Below are positions 1 through 8,587 of a DNA stretch of 37,827 nucleotides, piece by piece. Every line of letters begins with the position of its first letter. Within the stretch, counting starts at the first letter, position 1. Source of the DNA: Candidatus Jordarchaeia archaeon (GTDB lineage: Archaea; Asgardarchaeota; Jordiarchaeia; Jordiarchaeales; Jordiarchaeaceae); NCBI GenBank assembly GCA_029856435.1, contig JAHQXB010000043.1, forward strand, positions 1 through 37,827, given 5' to 3'. The notes under the pieces are model-generated. The model was not told the DNA's origin. It ran no database searches and was given only the letters and a program-made list of their open reading frames with translations. The position numbers were made by a program, and so were the translations under genes.

Positions 1-165
1 AATGTCCTCTTTAATGCCTCTAATCTCTTCCCAGATTTTGAGCTGATCCTCCTTGATGCCCCTAATGTCCTCTTTAATGCCTCTAATCTCTTCCCAGATT
101 TTGAGCTGATCCTCCTTGATGCCCCTAATGTCCTCTTTAATGCCTCTAATCTCTTCCCAGATTTT
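1..165. repeat. Perfect 63-bp tandem repeat, about 2.6 copies (1-63, 64-126, 127-165), encoding three heptads per unit
   Basis: Unit aatgtcctctttaatgcctctaatctcttcccagattttgagctgatcctccttgatgcccct repeats exactly; 63 bp = 21 codons, in frame within the minus-strand CDS. Confidence 0.97.
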
Positions 166-291
166 TGTTTGTGTTGCTTCGTGGGTGTCCATTCTTCGGA
201 CTATTTCGTCTAGCCCAAGGTAGCCTAGAACTGTGTATCTGAACACTTCGTCTTTCTTCAATAACGCTAAGAACTCTTCCCTGAGACTCAT
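1..291 (-). CDS. Heptad-repeat coiled-coil protein, N-terminal part only (runs off the left edge); resembles archaeal paREP15/DUF3782-type coiled-coil proteins that often carry a C-terminal PD-(D/E)XK domain
   Basis: Absent from the ORF track because there is no stop in the window. ATG at 291-289 reads open for 97 codons: MSLREEFLALLKKDEVFRYTVLGYLGLDEIVRRMDTHEATQTK(IWEEIRGIKEDIRGIKEDQLK)x2 IWEEIRGIKEDI. The N-terminus matches the recalled family pattern MSLxEEFLxLLxxDxxFRxxVxGxLGL. Confidence 0.75.
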   Translation of the reverse strand, partial: MSLREEFLALLKKDEVFRYTVLGYLGLDEIVRRMDTHEATQTKIWEEIRGIKEDIRGIKEDQLKIWEEIRGIKEDIRGIKEDQLKIWEEIRGIKEDI

Positions 292-678
292 GGTTAAACA
301 AAAACACCTGATGTATATAAACATTAAGGGTTTTTGTAATGAGAGGGATGAAAGGTATTAGAATGTAAAACATTTCATAATGAGAGGGGGGCTTGCAAAT
401 AGGAGAAATATACGGAAGGAACGTACCTACAAAACCAATGTTAAGAGAGGATAGTGAAATCAAACTGATGTAAAAATAGGAAGAGAACTCATTGGGGAAA
501 TTGAAAAATAATCGAGTTGTAAAGAGTGAAGTTTGAAAAAGGAAAGAGAACCAAGGCAGAAAAAATTGCTTAGCAAAACTTCAGAAAAAGCACATTACTA
601 AAAATTACACGAAGTTGCTTAATTCATCAATTAAAATTATGGTATTTATACTTTTTAGCATTAATTTCTAGGAGGTTG

Positions 679-973
679 TTATCCCCCTCCTCTTGCACAT
701 GATAATCCTATGGCTATGGTGTCTCCATCACCTAGTTTGGTTTCCAGCTCTCTCTCACGCATAGCTTGCTAGACGACTGTTTATCAGAACCGCAACACGT
801 CTCTGAAGATTTCCATCTTTTGGGTCGATAACAATTTTTCAAAACGGTTGCCGTAATTCTCAATTAACTTGTTAAGCAAATCTGAAGTGGTCTCTTCACT
901 TACATCCGGCTCTACCATTTTCTTCTTTGATTCCAGCCATACGGACGATTGACTAAATAAATTTCACCCACAC
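679..973 (-). pseudogene. Degraded MoaD/ThiS/SAMP ubiquitin-like sulfur carrier
   Basis: Manual three-frame stitching gives VWVKFI*SIVRMAGIKEE / MVEPDVSEETTSDLLNKLIENYGNRFEK / VIDPKDGNLQRRVAVLINSRLASY / RERELETKLGDGDTIAIGLSCARGGG* (stop at 681-679). It has beta-grasp MoaD-like hallmarks (DLLxxLxxxYG, VAVLIN, LETKLxDGDxI, C-terminal GG), one internal stop and three frameshifts, and lies directly downstream of an AOR gene. Confidence 0.75.
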
Positions 974-1056
974 ATGGCCACAACCAATCATCTTCCAGCC
1001 AAAGTAAAAAATAAGAGGTTGTAGGAAATCAAGATTAGCTTCTTAGTCTGTGTTTA

Positions 1057-2898
1057 TTATCCCCATAGATCCTTTGACACATCTTCTAAGCCAAGTTCTT
1101 TCAGCTTATTTTTCGACGGCCTACCGGTTTCCCAGTCCCAGTCCATAAGCCTATTGTATTCCTTTACCATATCTTCCAGATATGGAGCAATGGTCTTTCC
1201 TTTGGCACCTCCATCTGGTGGTGGTTCTAGTAGCCTTGGTGACACGTCAAGGTCAAACTCCGGCTTAAATCCATGTCTAACATTAAACGCCCGCTGCAAA
1301 TTGGCGATTCTCTCACCTATCACATACGCCTCATCAACACTGAGAGGCCAATCAGTAAGAGCCGTGTAAGCTTTAACCATAGTATCCATTGTGGCAAAGC
1401 CAAACCAGCATACTCCTAAACTGTCCTGAAAGAGCTTCAATATCTGGCCCTTTCTAGTATTCTCGGCTTTTCCCTCGATAGTAAATCGACCTGCCCCGAA
1501 CTGAAAAGTCTCATCCATACCCATTTCCCATCTTGGACCAGCTCCAGCGACGCAGAGTCCTAGGAACATATCCCACATAGCTCTAGCATCGTGCGCGTGT
1601 TGGGTTTCTCCCTTAAAGTGCACTGCGAACTCTGTTGCTTCTTTGCCTCCAATTTTCTCTGGTCCCTTCTTCAAACCTAAAGCAAGGATGTCACCTATGC
1701 CCTCTCTGTAAGCTATCCTTCTTAGCAACTCCGCCGCCGCTTTCTCATCACCCCAATTAAGCTCAAGTCCTCGAAGACCCTCTTTAGTAAGGATTCCCCT
1801 TTCATACGCTTCCATCGCCCAGCCTACAATTGTTCCGGCCCAGTTACCATCCAAACCCAATCTATCCACGTAATCTGTCAGCCATATTACAGCACCCGGA
1901 TCTGTTATTCCGATGTTCGAACCCAGATTTGAGAAGTCCTCATACTCAGGCTCTTCTCCCACAAAACCCGTGTAGGGACCCTCTGTTACCTCCATCATGT
2001 GAACATGCTTTAGGCTGCATCCATAACAAGGGTTTGGCTTCAACTTAAATTTCTCCCTAATATACTTCCCTGACAACTTCTCAACCTCTGGAAAAACACC
2101 AGTCAAAAAATTCTTTACAGGTAGGTCTCCGAGTTCATGAACTACTGGAGTATATCCTGCTGTTCCTAAAGAGTTAACAAGGGATCCAAGCATAGTCTGA
2201 AGGCTTTCCTCTCGCCACTTCTTTGCCAATTCTCTGAACTCATCAGGATTAGCTACGGAAACCTTTTCTTTACCGTACACAGCAATGGCTTTGAGATACT
2301 TTGAACCCATAACAATACCTATGTTTCCCTTAGAAGCAATATGGCCGTGTTCGTTCTCCACACATGCCCCAGCGACAAGATGCTCACCTGTGGGACCAAT
2401 AGCTGCAACGGAGGCCTTTTCTTGGCCAAGTTCTTTCTTGATGAGGTCTTCGGTTTCAAAGGTGTCTGCTTTTCCCCATATTCTGCTGGCGTCGCGTATT
2501 TCGTATTCTCCCTCGTGAATCCACAAATAGACAGGCCTTTCGGCAGCACCTTGGATTACTACACCATCAAATCCAGCAAACTTGAGACGTGGTCCCCAGA
2601 ACCCATGGGAATTAGCGACGGCTATGCTGTACCCGGTAATAGGGTTCAATGATATCACTTCAAAGTTCGAGGGAGACTGAACACTAGTCCCTGTAAATGG
2701 CCCAGTCATAAATATTAGTCTATTCTCAGGATGGTACGCATCGATTTCGGGAGGCACCTCGTCATACATGATTCTTGCGCCAAAACCAAGCTGCCCAATA
2801 TATTTCTTTGCAAAGTTCTCATCCAGTTTTTCTTCCCACATCTTCTCGTCAGTTAGGTCCACTCTTAGTATTTTTCCCATGTAGCCCCCTTTTATCAT
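1057..2898 (-). CDS. aor: Tungsten-containing aldehyde:ferredoxin oxidoreductase family (AOR/WOR) protein, 613 aa
   Basis: N-terminus GYMGKILRVDLT; GxVMGSKxLKAI; EPEYE and DRLGLD pterin/metal motifs; CYGC...H and DSLGVC Fe-S region; SD-like AGGAGA upstream. Confidence 0.93.
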   Translation of the reverse strand: MIKGGYMGKILRVDLTDEKMWEEKLDENFAKKYIGQLGFGARIMYDEVPPEIDAYHPENRLIFMTGPFTGTSVQSPSNFEVISLNPITGYSIAVANSHGFWGPRLKFAGFDGVVIQGAAERPVYLWIHEGEYEIRDASRIWGKADTFETEDLIKKELGQEKASVAAIGPTGEHLVAGACVENEHGHIASKGNIGIVMGSKYLKAIAVYGKEKVSVANPDEFRELAKKWREESLQTMLGSLVNSLGTAGYTPVVHELGDLPVKNFLTGVFPEVEKLSGKYIREKFKLKPNPCYGCSLKHVHMMEVTEGPYTGFVGEEPEYEDFSNLGSNIGITDPGAVIWLTDYVDRLGLDGNWAGTIVGWAMEAYERGILTKEGLRGLELNWGDEKAAAELLRRIAYREGIGDILALGLKKGPEKIGGKEATEFAVHFKGETQHAHDARAMWDMFLGLCVAGAGPRWEMGMDETFQFGAGRFTIEGKAENTRKGQILKLFQDSLGVCWFGFATMDTMVKAYTALTDWPLSVDEAYVIGERIANLQRAFNVRHGFKPEFDLDVSPRLLEPPPDGGAKGKTIAPYLEDMVKEYNRLMDWDWETGRPSKNKLKELGLEDVSKDLWG

Positions 2899-3441
2899 TC
2901 CAATTTCTCCTACTACTCAATTCACAATTTATAACATAATGTAAATTAAATAAACGTTATAAGTATGCCGAATCCCCACATTAATGGATATTTTTTCAAC
3001 TAAGGTATAATTCGAGACATTCCGCCGACCGTCCTCTACGAAGTCGCCTAAGAAATTGTAAGCTTTTTATCGTTAGTTATATTGGTCTCCGGGAAAAAGA
3101 GGGCAAAATAACGCCTTTTTTGGAAAAAGAGGCCTTCATTAAACGTTCGTGCCAGGGACAACAAATGACAAAAAATTTTTCAAAACTATTACACCAAGTC
3201 TTATTTGTTTCTAAGGGCACTACCAAAAAACAGCGACTCAACTTTAGAAAAACAGTGTTCTGTAAACATCGATGGCTAAAGGCCTTTTCGATATTAGTAT
3301 AATGGATTATCCACTGAAAAGTGTCAATTGATTCATATTTTTGATAAATCCATAATAATTCTCGATGGCCTTGTTTTAAAAGAAGAATTACGGTTAAAGC
3401 ACTCTCAAAATAAAAATTAAAGGGGTAGGTGATTACTGCGA

Positions 3442-4539
3442 TCATATTCTAATTTTTATGTTTTCAATCGGGTATGCCATGCATGGGTGAATGTATCCGA
3501 ATTTGCGGTCGGCTTCCAGCAATGTCACAGTGCGGGGCATGAAAACCTTTCCTGAAACCAGCTTAGTGCGGCATGTTGTACATACACCCGAGCGGCAAAC
3601 TGCGGGGATTACTATGCCCTCCCTTTCCAGCGAGTTCATAAGTGGCTCTCCTGCACGGGCCTTAAAGGTCTTTTTCCCAACTACCTCCACGGTGAATATG
3701 TCGTCGGCTTTGATGCCCTTTGGCCAACCTGGCTCCAATGTGACATCGTCTGGCGGACCGTAAGCCTCACGTTTGAGCCTTCTTCTGGGCAGTTTCAAGC
3801 TGGCTAGTTCGGCGTCGCAGAAATTGTACATTGCCTCTGGTCCACACATGTAGAATGTTTTTCCCTCAGTGTCGCCAATCTGGTTTAGGATGATATCCCT
3901 AGTTAAGAATCCGCATAGTCCCTTGTAACCTTCTGGAGGCTCAGATATGACTACGCTGTAGTGGATGTTTTTGTTCTTTTTTGCAATTTCTTCTAGTTCC
4001 TTGCCGAAAATTATGTCTTCTGGAACACGGCTTCCATAAATTAGCCAGATGTTTAGGTCGAGTTTTCGCTCCACCACTTCCCTTATAATGCTCATGAAGG
4101 GAGTTATTCCACTACCACCTGCGAGGAATACAAGGTTTTTTCCATCTGTAAGTGGTTCATAGTAGAACTGCCCCATGGGCCCCGTGGTTTCGAACTCATC
4201 GCCCACCTTTACATTGTCCAGCAGGTAGTTGGAAACAAAGCCGCCCTTTTTTCGGCGAACTGTGAGGTCGATGTAGCTGGTCTTCGTGGGGGACGAGGAT
4301 ATGCTGTATGGTCTGCTGGTGAGCACATTGCCTATTTTGACGAAAAGGTTAACGTATTGCCCCGCCCTGAAAGGGGGCAACTTTCCCTTGGTTGGCACCA
4401 TCCTGAAGGTTTTAGTACTGGGCGTCTCCTGAATTATTTCTTTTACTTTAAGATACATTCTCTCGGGATGCAAGCTTTCCACGATTTTCTTCACGAAGTC
4501 GGGTTCCTTAGTATAATCTCTCGGTTTTGCTTCCGACAT
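3442..4539 (-). CDS. FNR-family FAD/NAD(P)-binding oxidoreductase with C-terminal [2Fe-2S] ferredoxin (PaaE/Hcr-like reductase), 365 aa
   Basis: RPYSISS (FAD), GGFVS, GGSGITP (NAD), MCGP, and CRSGVCTTC...C plant-type ferredoxin motif; GGAGG SD upstream; 22 bp from the upstream gene. Confidence 0.92.
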   Translation of the reverse strand: MSEAKPRDYTKEPDFVKKIVESLHPERMYLKVKEIIQETPSTKTFRMVPTKGKLPPFRAGQYVNLFVKIGNVLTSRPYSISSSPTKTSYIDLTVRRKKGGFVSNYLLDNVKVGDEFETTGPMGQFYYEPLTDGKNLVFLAGGSGITPFMSIIREVVERKLDLNIWLIYGSRVPEDIIFGKELEEIAKKNKNIHYSVVISEPPEGYKGLCGFLTRDIILNQIGDTEGKTFYMCGPEAMYNFCDAELASLKLPRRRLKREAYGPPDDVTLEPGWPKGIKADDIFTVEVVGKKTFKARAGEPLMNSLEREGIVIPAVCRSGVCTTCRTKLVSGKVFMPRTVTLLEADRKFGYIHPCMAYPIENIKIRI

Positions 4540-4561
4540 TTTTTAATTTCCTCCTTTTTAT

Positions 4562-6055
4562 TTATTTTTTTAATTCTTTTATTACCTTTTCCGCGGCCCA
4601 GCGGCCGGATGTTATGCAGGGCTCGTATCCACCTCCTGGCTGAGTCCAAGCCCCAGCAAAGTAGAGGCCCTTAAGGGGTCCCTCATTAGACAAGCGTGAG
4701 AGCGGCCCATCTTTCACAGAGTAGGTGAATCCCAGATAGGTTCCCCCGGGGTTGCCAGAATACCTCATGAGGGTTATTGGGGTGGCGACCTCAATGACCT
4801 CTATGTGTTCCCTTAAGCCCGGAAAATGTTTTTCCGCCTTTTTTATCAGCATTTCTGCATATTTGTTTTTAGTTTCTACATATTTTGAGGATGGGGTGCT
4901 GTACCATGGTTCCGGGTCGCTGAGGGCGGAGAGCACAATTACAGATGTTCCTGGGGGGGAAAAGTTGGGGTCGCCCTTATTGTAGGCTGTTAATAGTAGT
5001 AAGTCGGTGTCGTTTAGTTTTTTCCTTGATTCGTAGACTCGGTCATGGTCGTATGTGTCATAGTACCATATTTCAAAATCGTCTATACCAAGTTCCTTGC
5101 ATGAGGCGTCCATTCCCATATAGGCGGTTACTAATGATGTGCTGATTTCACTGGTTCTTATTCTTTCCAGAAAGGATTGGGGTACCTTGTCTTTTCCAAT
5201 TAGGTTGACTGCTGTGGAGATGGGATTGACGTTTGAAATAATGTGGTCGCTGTGTATTTTTTCACCCTTTTCGGTGATTACGCCCTTTACTTTGCCTCCC
5301 TCTGTGAGGATTTGTTTGACTCCGCAGCCCAGCCTTACCTCTCCACCGTTTTTCTCTATGACATCTATAAATGCGCCGGATAACATGGCGGATTTTCCAA
5401 AGATTTGTTTGGGGCCATTCCCTATGTATGAGGAAAGAGCGATGGCGAATAGAACATAGGATATTTTTGAGGGCGGCAAACCGAAGTAGGGCCAGTACAC
5501 GCTGAGCACCGCCCTGAGCTTCTCATCCTTAACGTAGGAGTTTACCACTTCGCCCCAAGTCTTATCCATCTTTGTGAGCAGGTATTCTTGAAGTTGCTCC
5601 TGAGTCATCTTAGGCTTTCCTGTTTGCAGATAATCAATAGCGTAGCCCGTGTTAAAAGACAACTCAAAAATTTTCTTGATTCCCTCCGCCTCTCTGGGAA
5701 AATGGTCTATGAGAATGCCTTCCGCAGCCTCCCGGTTAGCTGGAATTGTTATGTCAATGTCTGGAAACACCGCCCGATAACAGTCCTCCAGACTCACAAA
5801 TTTAGCCCTGTCCATTATGCCCAGTTCTTCAAGAAAGAGGCATAGCCCACTTTTCTCCTTCAAATTTAGTCCAGACATCTGGTGAAGAGAAATTTCAAAC
5901 TCGAAACGGCCCCTAACAAAGGTTGAGGCGTAACCCCCGGGCTGATGGTGCCGCTCCAAAAGCAATACACTCAACCCATTTTTGGCAAGAGTCGCCGCCG
6001 AAGCAAGGCCGCCCAAACCTGCACCAATAACTATAGCATCGTATCGGTCAGCCAT
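4562..6055 (-). CDS. Phytoene desaturase/retinol saturase (CrtI/RetSat)-like FAD-dependent oxidoreductase, paralog 1, 497 aa
   Basis: DAIVIGAGLGGL Rossmann motif, LERHHQPGG, and C-terminal EVATPxTxxRY...GLYFAGAWTQPGGG typical of the family. Confidence 0.9.
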   Translation of the reverse strand: MADRYDAIVIGAGLGGLASAATLAKNGLSVLLLERHHQPGGYASTFVRGRFEFEISLHQMSGLNLKEKSGLCLFLEELGIMDRAKFVSLEDCYRAVFPDIDITIPANREAAEGILIDHFPREAEGIKKIFELSFNTGYAIDYLQTGKPKMTQEQLQEYLLTKMDKTWGEVVNSYVKDEKLRAVLSVYWPYFGLPPSKISYVLFAIALSSYIGNGPKQIFGKSAMLSGAFIDVIEKNGGEVRLGCGVKQILTEGGKVKGVITEKGEKIHSDHIISNVNPISTAVNLIGKDKVPQSFLERIRTSEISTSLVTAYMGMDASCKELGIDDFEIWYYDTYDHDRVYESRKKLNDTDLLLLTAYNKGDPNFSPPGTSVIVLSALSDPEPWYSTPSSKYVETKNKYAEMLIKKAEKHFPGLREHIEVIEVATPITLMRYSGNPGGTYLGFTYSVKDGPLSRLSNEGPLKGLYFAGAWTQPGGGYEPCITSGRWAAEKVIKELKK

Positions 6056-6160
6056 AATTTTCCCTCTAATTAATCTCTTAATACACCTCCCAAATCCAAA
6101 TTTTCACTTTGGACTTAATAATCTTTGATACCATCCATATTTTTTATTTTTACTTTTAAA

Positions 6161-7663
6161 TCAGCGTTCTTCATCCTTTTTCCTAATTATCGCCTCAGCC
6201 GCAGCCTTACCAGAAAGTATGCAGTTTTCGTAGGCTCCTCCAGGCTGACTCCAAGCATTTGCCAAGTAAAGTCCTTTAAGGGGACCTTCCTGTGGAAGCC
6301 TTAAGGGTGGAGTTCCAGCAGTGGAGAAACTGAATCCCAGATAGGTTCCTCCATGGTTCCGAGTATATCTCATTATGGTTAGAGGTGTGAACACTTCTAC
6401 CACTTCTATGTGTTCCCGGAGTTCCGGAGCCACCTTTTCTGCTTTTGTGATCAGCCTGTCTGCAAGTCTATTTTTTGTTTCCACGTACTTGTGAGGGGGC
6501 AAATCGTACCAGGGGTCAGCATAACTGGGAGCGGTAAGGGTAATAACTGATGTGCCGGGTGGTGAGAAGTCGGGGTAGGCTAGGTTGTATGTGGTGATTA
6601 GTTGGTGTTCTGGTTCCTCCAAGGTGAAAGCCTTTTGGTAAGCTTTGTCAAAGTCTGGGTGGTCGTTCAGACCTATTTCAAATTCTTTTATTCCAAGCTT
6701 ATGGTGTGGGGTGTCGAGTCCCATGTAAACTCCAATGAGGGAAATTCCCACCTCGTTTGACCTGAGTTTGTCGAAGTATGTGCCTGGTATTTTGTCCGCT
6801 CCTATGAGGTCTAGGGCCATGGTTAGAGGGTTAGCATTTGAAACAATGAAATCCGATTTTATCTGTTCACCGTCATCTGTTAGAACTCCGGTTACTCTGT
6901 CTCCCTCCGTGAGTATCTTCCTTGCACCGCAGCCGAGGCGAACTTCACCACCATACTCTGTGATAAGTTCTACAAAGGCCGCAGCAAGGCCGTGAGATTT
7001 TTCCCTGGGTTGTGCCCCTCCATAGTGGAATAGGTGGGACATGGCGACCGCAAAAATAATGTAGTCAACTTTTTTGGGTGGTAGGCCCAGAAACATCCAT
7101 AGTTGAGAGATTATGGCTCTCACCATGGGATTCTTAACTTCAGGATACATTATGTCAGCACAAGTTTTTCCCAAGTAGCCGAGCAGGTTTTTTGAGAGTT
7201 CCTCCTGAGTTAGACTGGGGTCTCCTCTGCGGAATTTGTTTATGGTTTCAAAGGTTGCAAACATCCGGTTTAGAAATTTGGTTATGTCTTCGCCGTCCTT
7301 GGGAAAATTTTCCTTCAACAAGTTTTCAATATTTTCCTTACCGGTGGGTAGGGTGATTTCAAAGTCTGGAAACACACATTGGTAAACGTTCTTCAGTTTT
7401 GTGAATTCCACCTTCCTGGTAATGCCCAGTTCCTCAAGGTAAGGGATAAGATTTCCAGTTTTCCTCTCCAGATCCGTGCCAGAAAGCATATGGAGTGAAG
7501 AGTCAAATTCGAAGCGGCCCCTAATAAAACCAGTAGCGCAGCCTCCGGGCAGTTCCCTCTTTTCAAGTAGAAGAACACTCAGCCCATTCTTAGCCAACAG
7601 GGCGGCGGAGGAAAGACCACCAAGACCACCGCCAATGACTATCACATCATACTTATCAGGCAT
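6161..7663 (-). CDS. CrtI/RetSat-like FAD-dependent oxidoreductase, paralog 2, 500 aa (ORF track extends to 7726)
   Basis: DVIVIGGGLGGL, LEKRELPGG, EVFTPLTIMRY...GLYLANAWSQPGG; colinear with paralog 1. Start placed at MPDKYD (ATG 7663) from the purine-rich SD and alignment with MADRYD of paralog 1. Confidence 0.9.
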   Translation of the reverse strand: MPDKYDVIVIGGGLGGLSSAALLAKNGLSVLLLEKRELPGGCATGFIRGRFEFDSSLHMLSGTDLERKTGNLIPYLEELGITRKVEFTKLKNVYQCVFPDFEITLPTGKENIENLLKENFPKDGEDITKFLNRMFATFETINKFRRGDPSLTQEELSKNLLGYLGKTCADIMYPEVKNPMVRAIISQLWMFLGLPPKKVDYIIFAVAMSHLFHYGGAQPREKSHGLAAAFVELITEYGGEVRLGCGARKILTEGDRVTGVLTDDGEQIKSDFIVSNANPLTMALDLIGADKIPGTYFDKLRSNEVGISLIGVYMGLDTPHHKLGIKEFEIGLNDHPDFDKAYQKAFTLEEPEHQLITTYNLAYPDFSPPGTSVITLTAPSYADPWYDLPPHKYVETKNRLADRLITKAEKVAPELREHIEVVEVFTPLTIMRYTRNHGGTYLGFSFSTAGTPPLRLPQEGPLKGLYLANAWSQPGGAYENCILSGKAAAEAIIRKKDEER

Positions 7664-8068
7664 TCCTCTCTCTCCATTCATTTCAACGCCAGTACAACAA
7701 ATTTTTTGAGAAAAGCCTTTTTCCAAATTCTTGATTTTAGTCTTTTAGGTGGAAAAATTATTTATGCATATTCTAAGCGCAATCCTAAAATTTTAACATC
7801 GATTCGTAGTAACTAACACTCCTAAAAGCTTCATAAAAGAGCATCGGAATGAAACAATCCAGCCTGATTCGCCGCCTTAGGGACTCAAAATCACAAAAGC
7901 CACAAAATTGCTCCTTTTTAGAAAATCAAAAGCCTACATTCAATTACAAGAATTGTGGCAAGAAAGGCCTCCACCTCAAGAGTCTAGGATAATGTCAATG
8001 GCTCAGAAAGACATTTAACTACACTCTAATATTAATTCTATAATTATTAAAGGTGGAGGAGTGCCCTT

Positions 8069-8524
8069 TTGCCAAAAGTTTTAATTGTTTATTGGAGTAA
8101 GTATGGGAACACCAAACAGGTGGCTGAAGCAATAGCTAAAGGTATTAATGAAACGAAAAAGGCTGAGGTAGTGGTCAAGAATGTTAAAGATACCAAACCC
8201 GAAGAAGTGCTAAATTACGATGCCTTAATTATCGGTTCCCCAAATCATGGGGGAGGACCTGTTGGAGAGATCAAGAATTTCTTAAAAAAACTAGAGAAAA
8301 TTAACTTGAAGGAGAAGTCAGCTGCCGTTTTTGACACACATGCCAGAGATGACATTAAAACTGTTCAAAAAATGGAGAAACAAATACGGGAAAAGCTCCC
8401 CGGCCTAAAACTTGTAGCTCCAGGCTTAGCAGCGCAAGTCAAGGGACTTTTGAAGGGACCACTTGTTGAGGGGGAACTCGCCAAAGCTGAGGAATTCGGA
8501 AAAAACATTTCCCAGAAGATTTGA
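8069..8524 (+). CDS. Flavodoxin-domain protein, 151 aa
   Basis: IVYWSKYGNT phosphate-binding loop, IIGSP, AVFDT; TTG start preceded by GGAGGA. Confidence 0.9.
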   Translation: MPKVLIVYWSKYGNTKQVAEAIAKGINETKKAEVVVKNVKDTKPEEVLNYDALIIGSPNHGGGPVGEIKNFLKKLEKINLKEKSAAVFDTHARDDIKTVQKMEKQIREKLPGLKLVAPGLAAQVKGLLKGPLVEGELAKAEEFGKNISQKI

Positions 8525-8587
8525 AAAAGTTATATCAAAAAACTTTTAAGGAAGCGAGTCTAGCAACCTTTCCCCACCCTTTTTTAT

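Noticed and set aside
1-165. CRISPR array
   Set aside because: Units are contiguous with no spacers, 63 bp long and in frame in a coding sequence.
146-678. ORF 146-463 or a decayed plus-strand gene in the purine-rich stretch
   Set aside because: The ORF overlaps the better-supported 1-291 gene in another frame; plus-strand fragments gave no recognisable peptide.
3077-3445. 122-aa minus-strand ORF after the reductase
   Set aside because: No motif, atypical composition, AT-rich region; the short ggaaaaagagg direct repeat there (about 3091 and 3122) also looks uninformative.
4562-7663. Carotenoid biosynthesis cluster (crtI)
   Set aside because: No crtB/crtE/crtY nearby and the linked gene is a reductase, so no gene symbol was assigned.
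7971-7981. CCACCTCAAGA, identical to 11 nt of the IS left end
   Set aside because: No hairpin or TTTAT context; a match this short can occur by chance.
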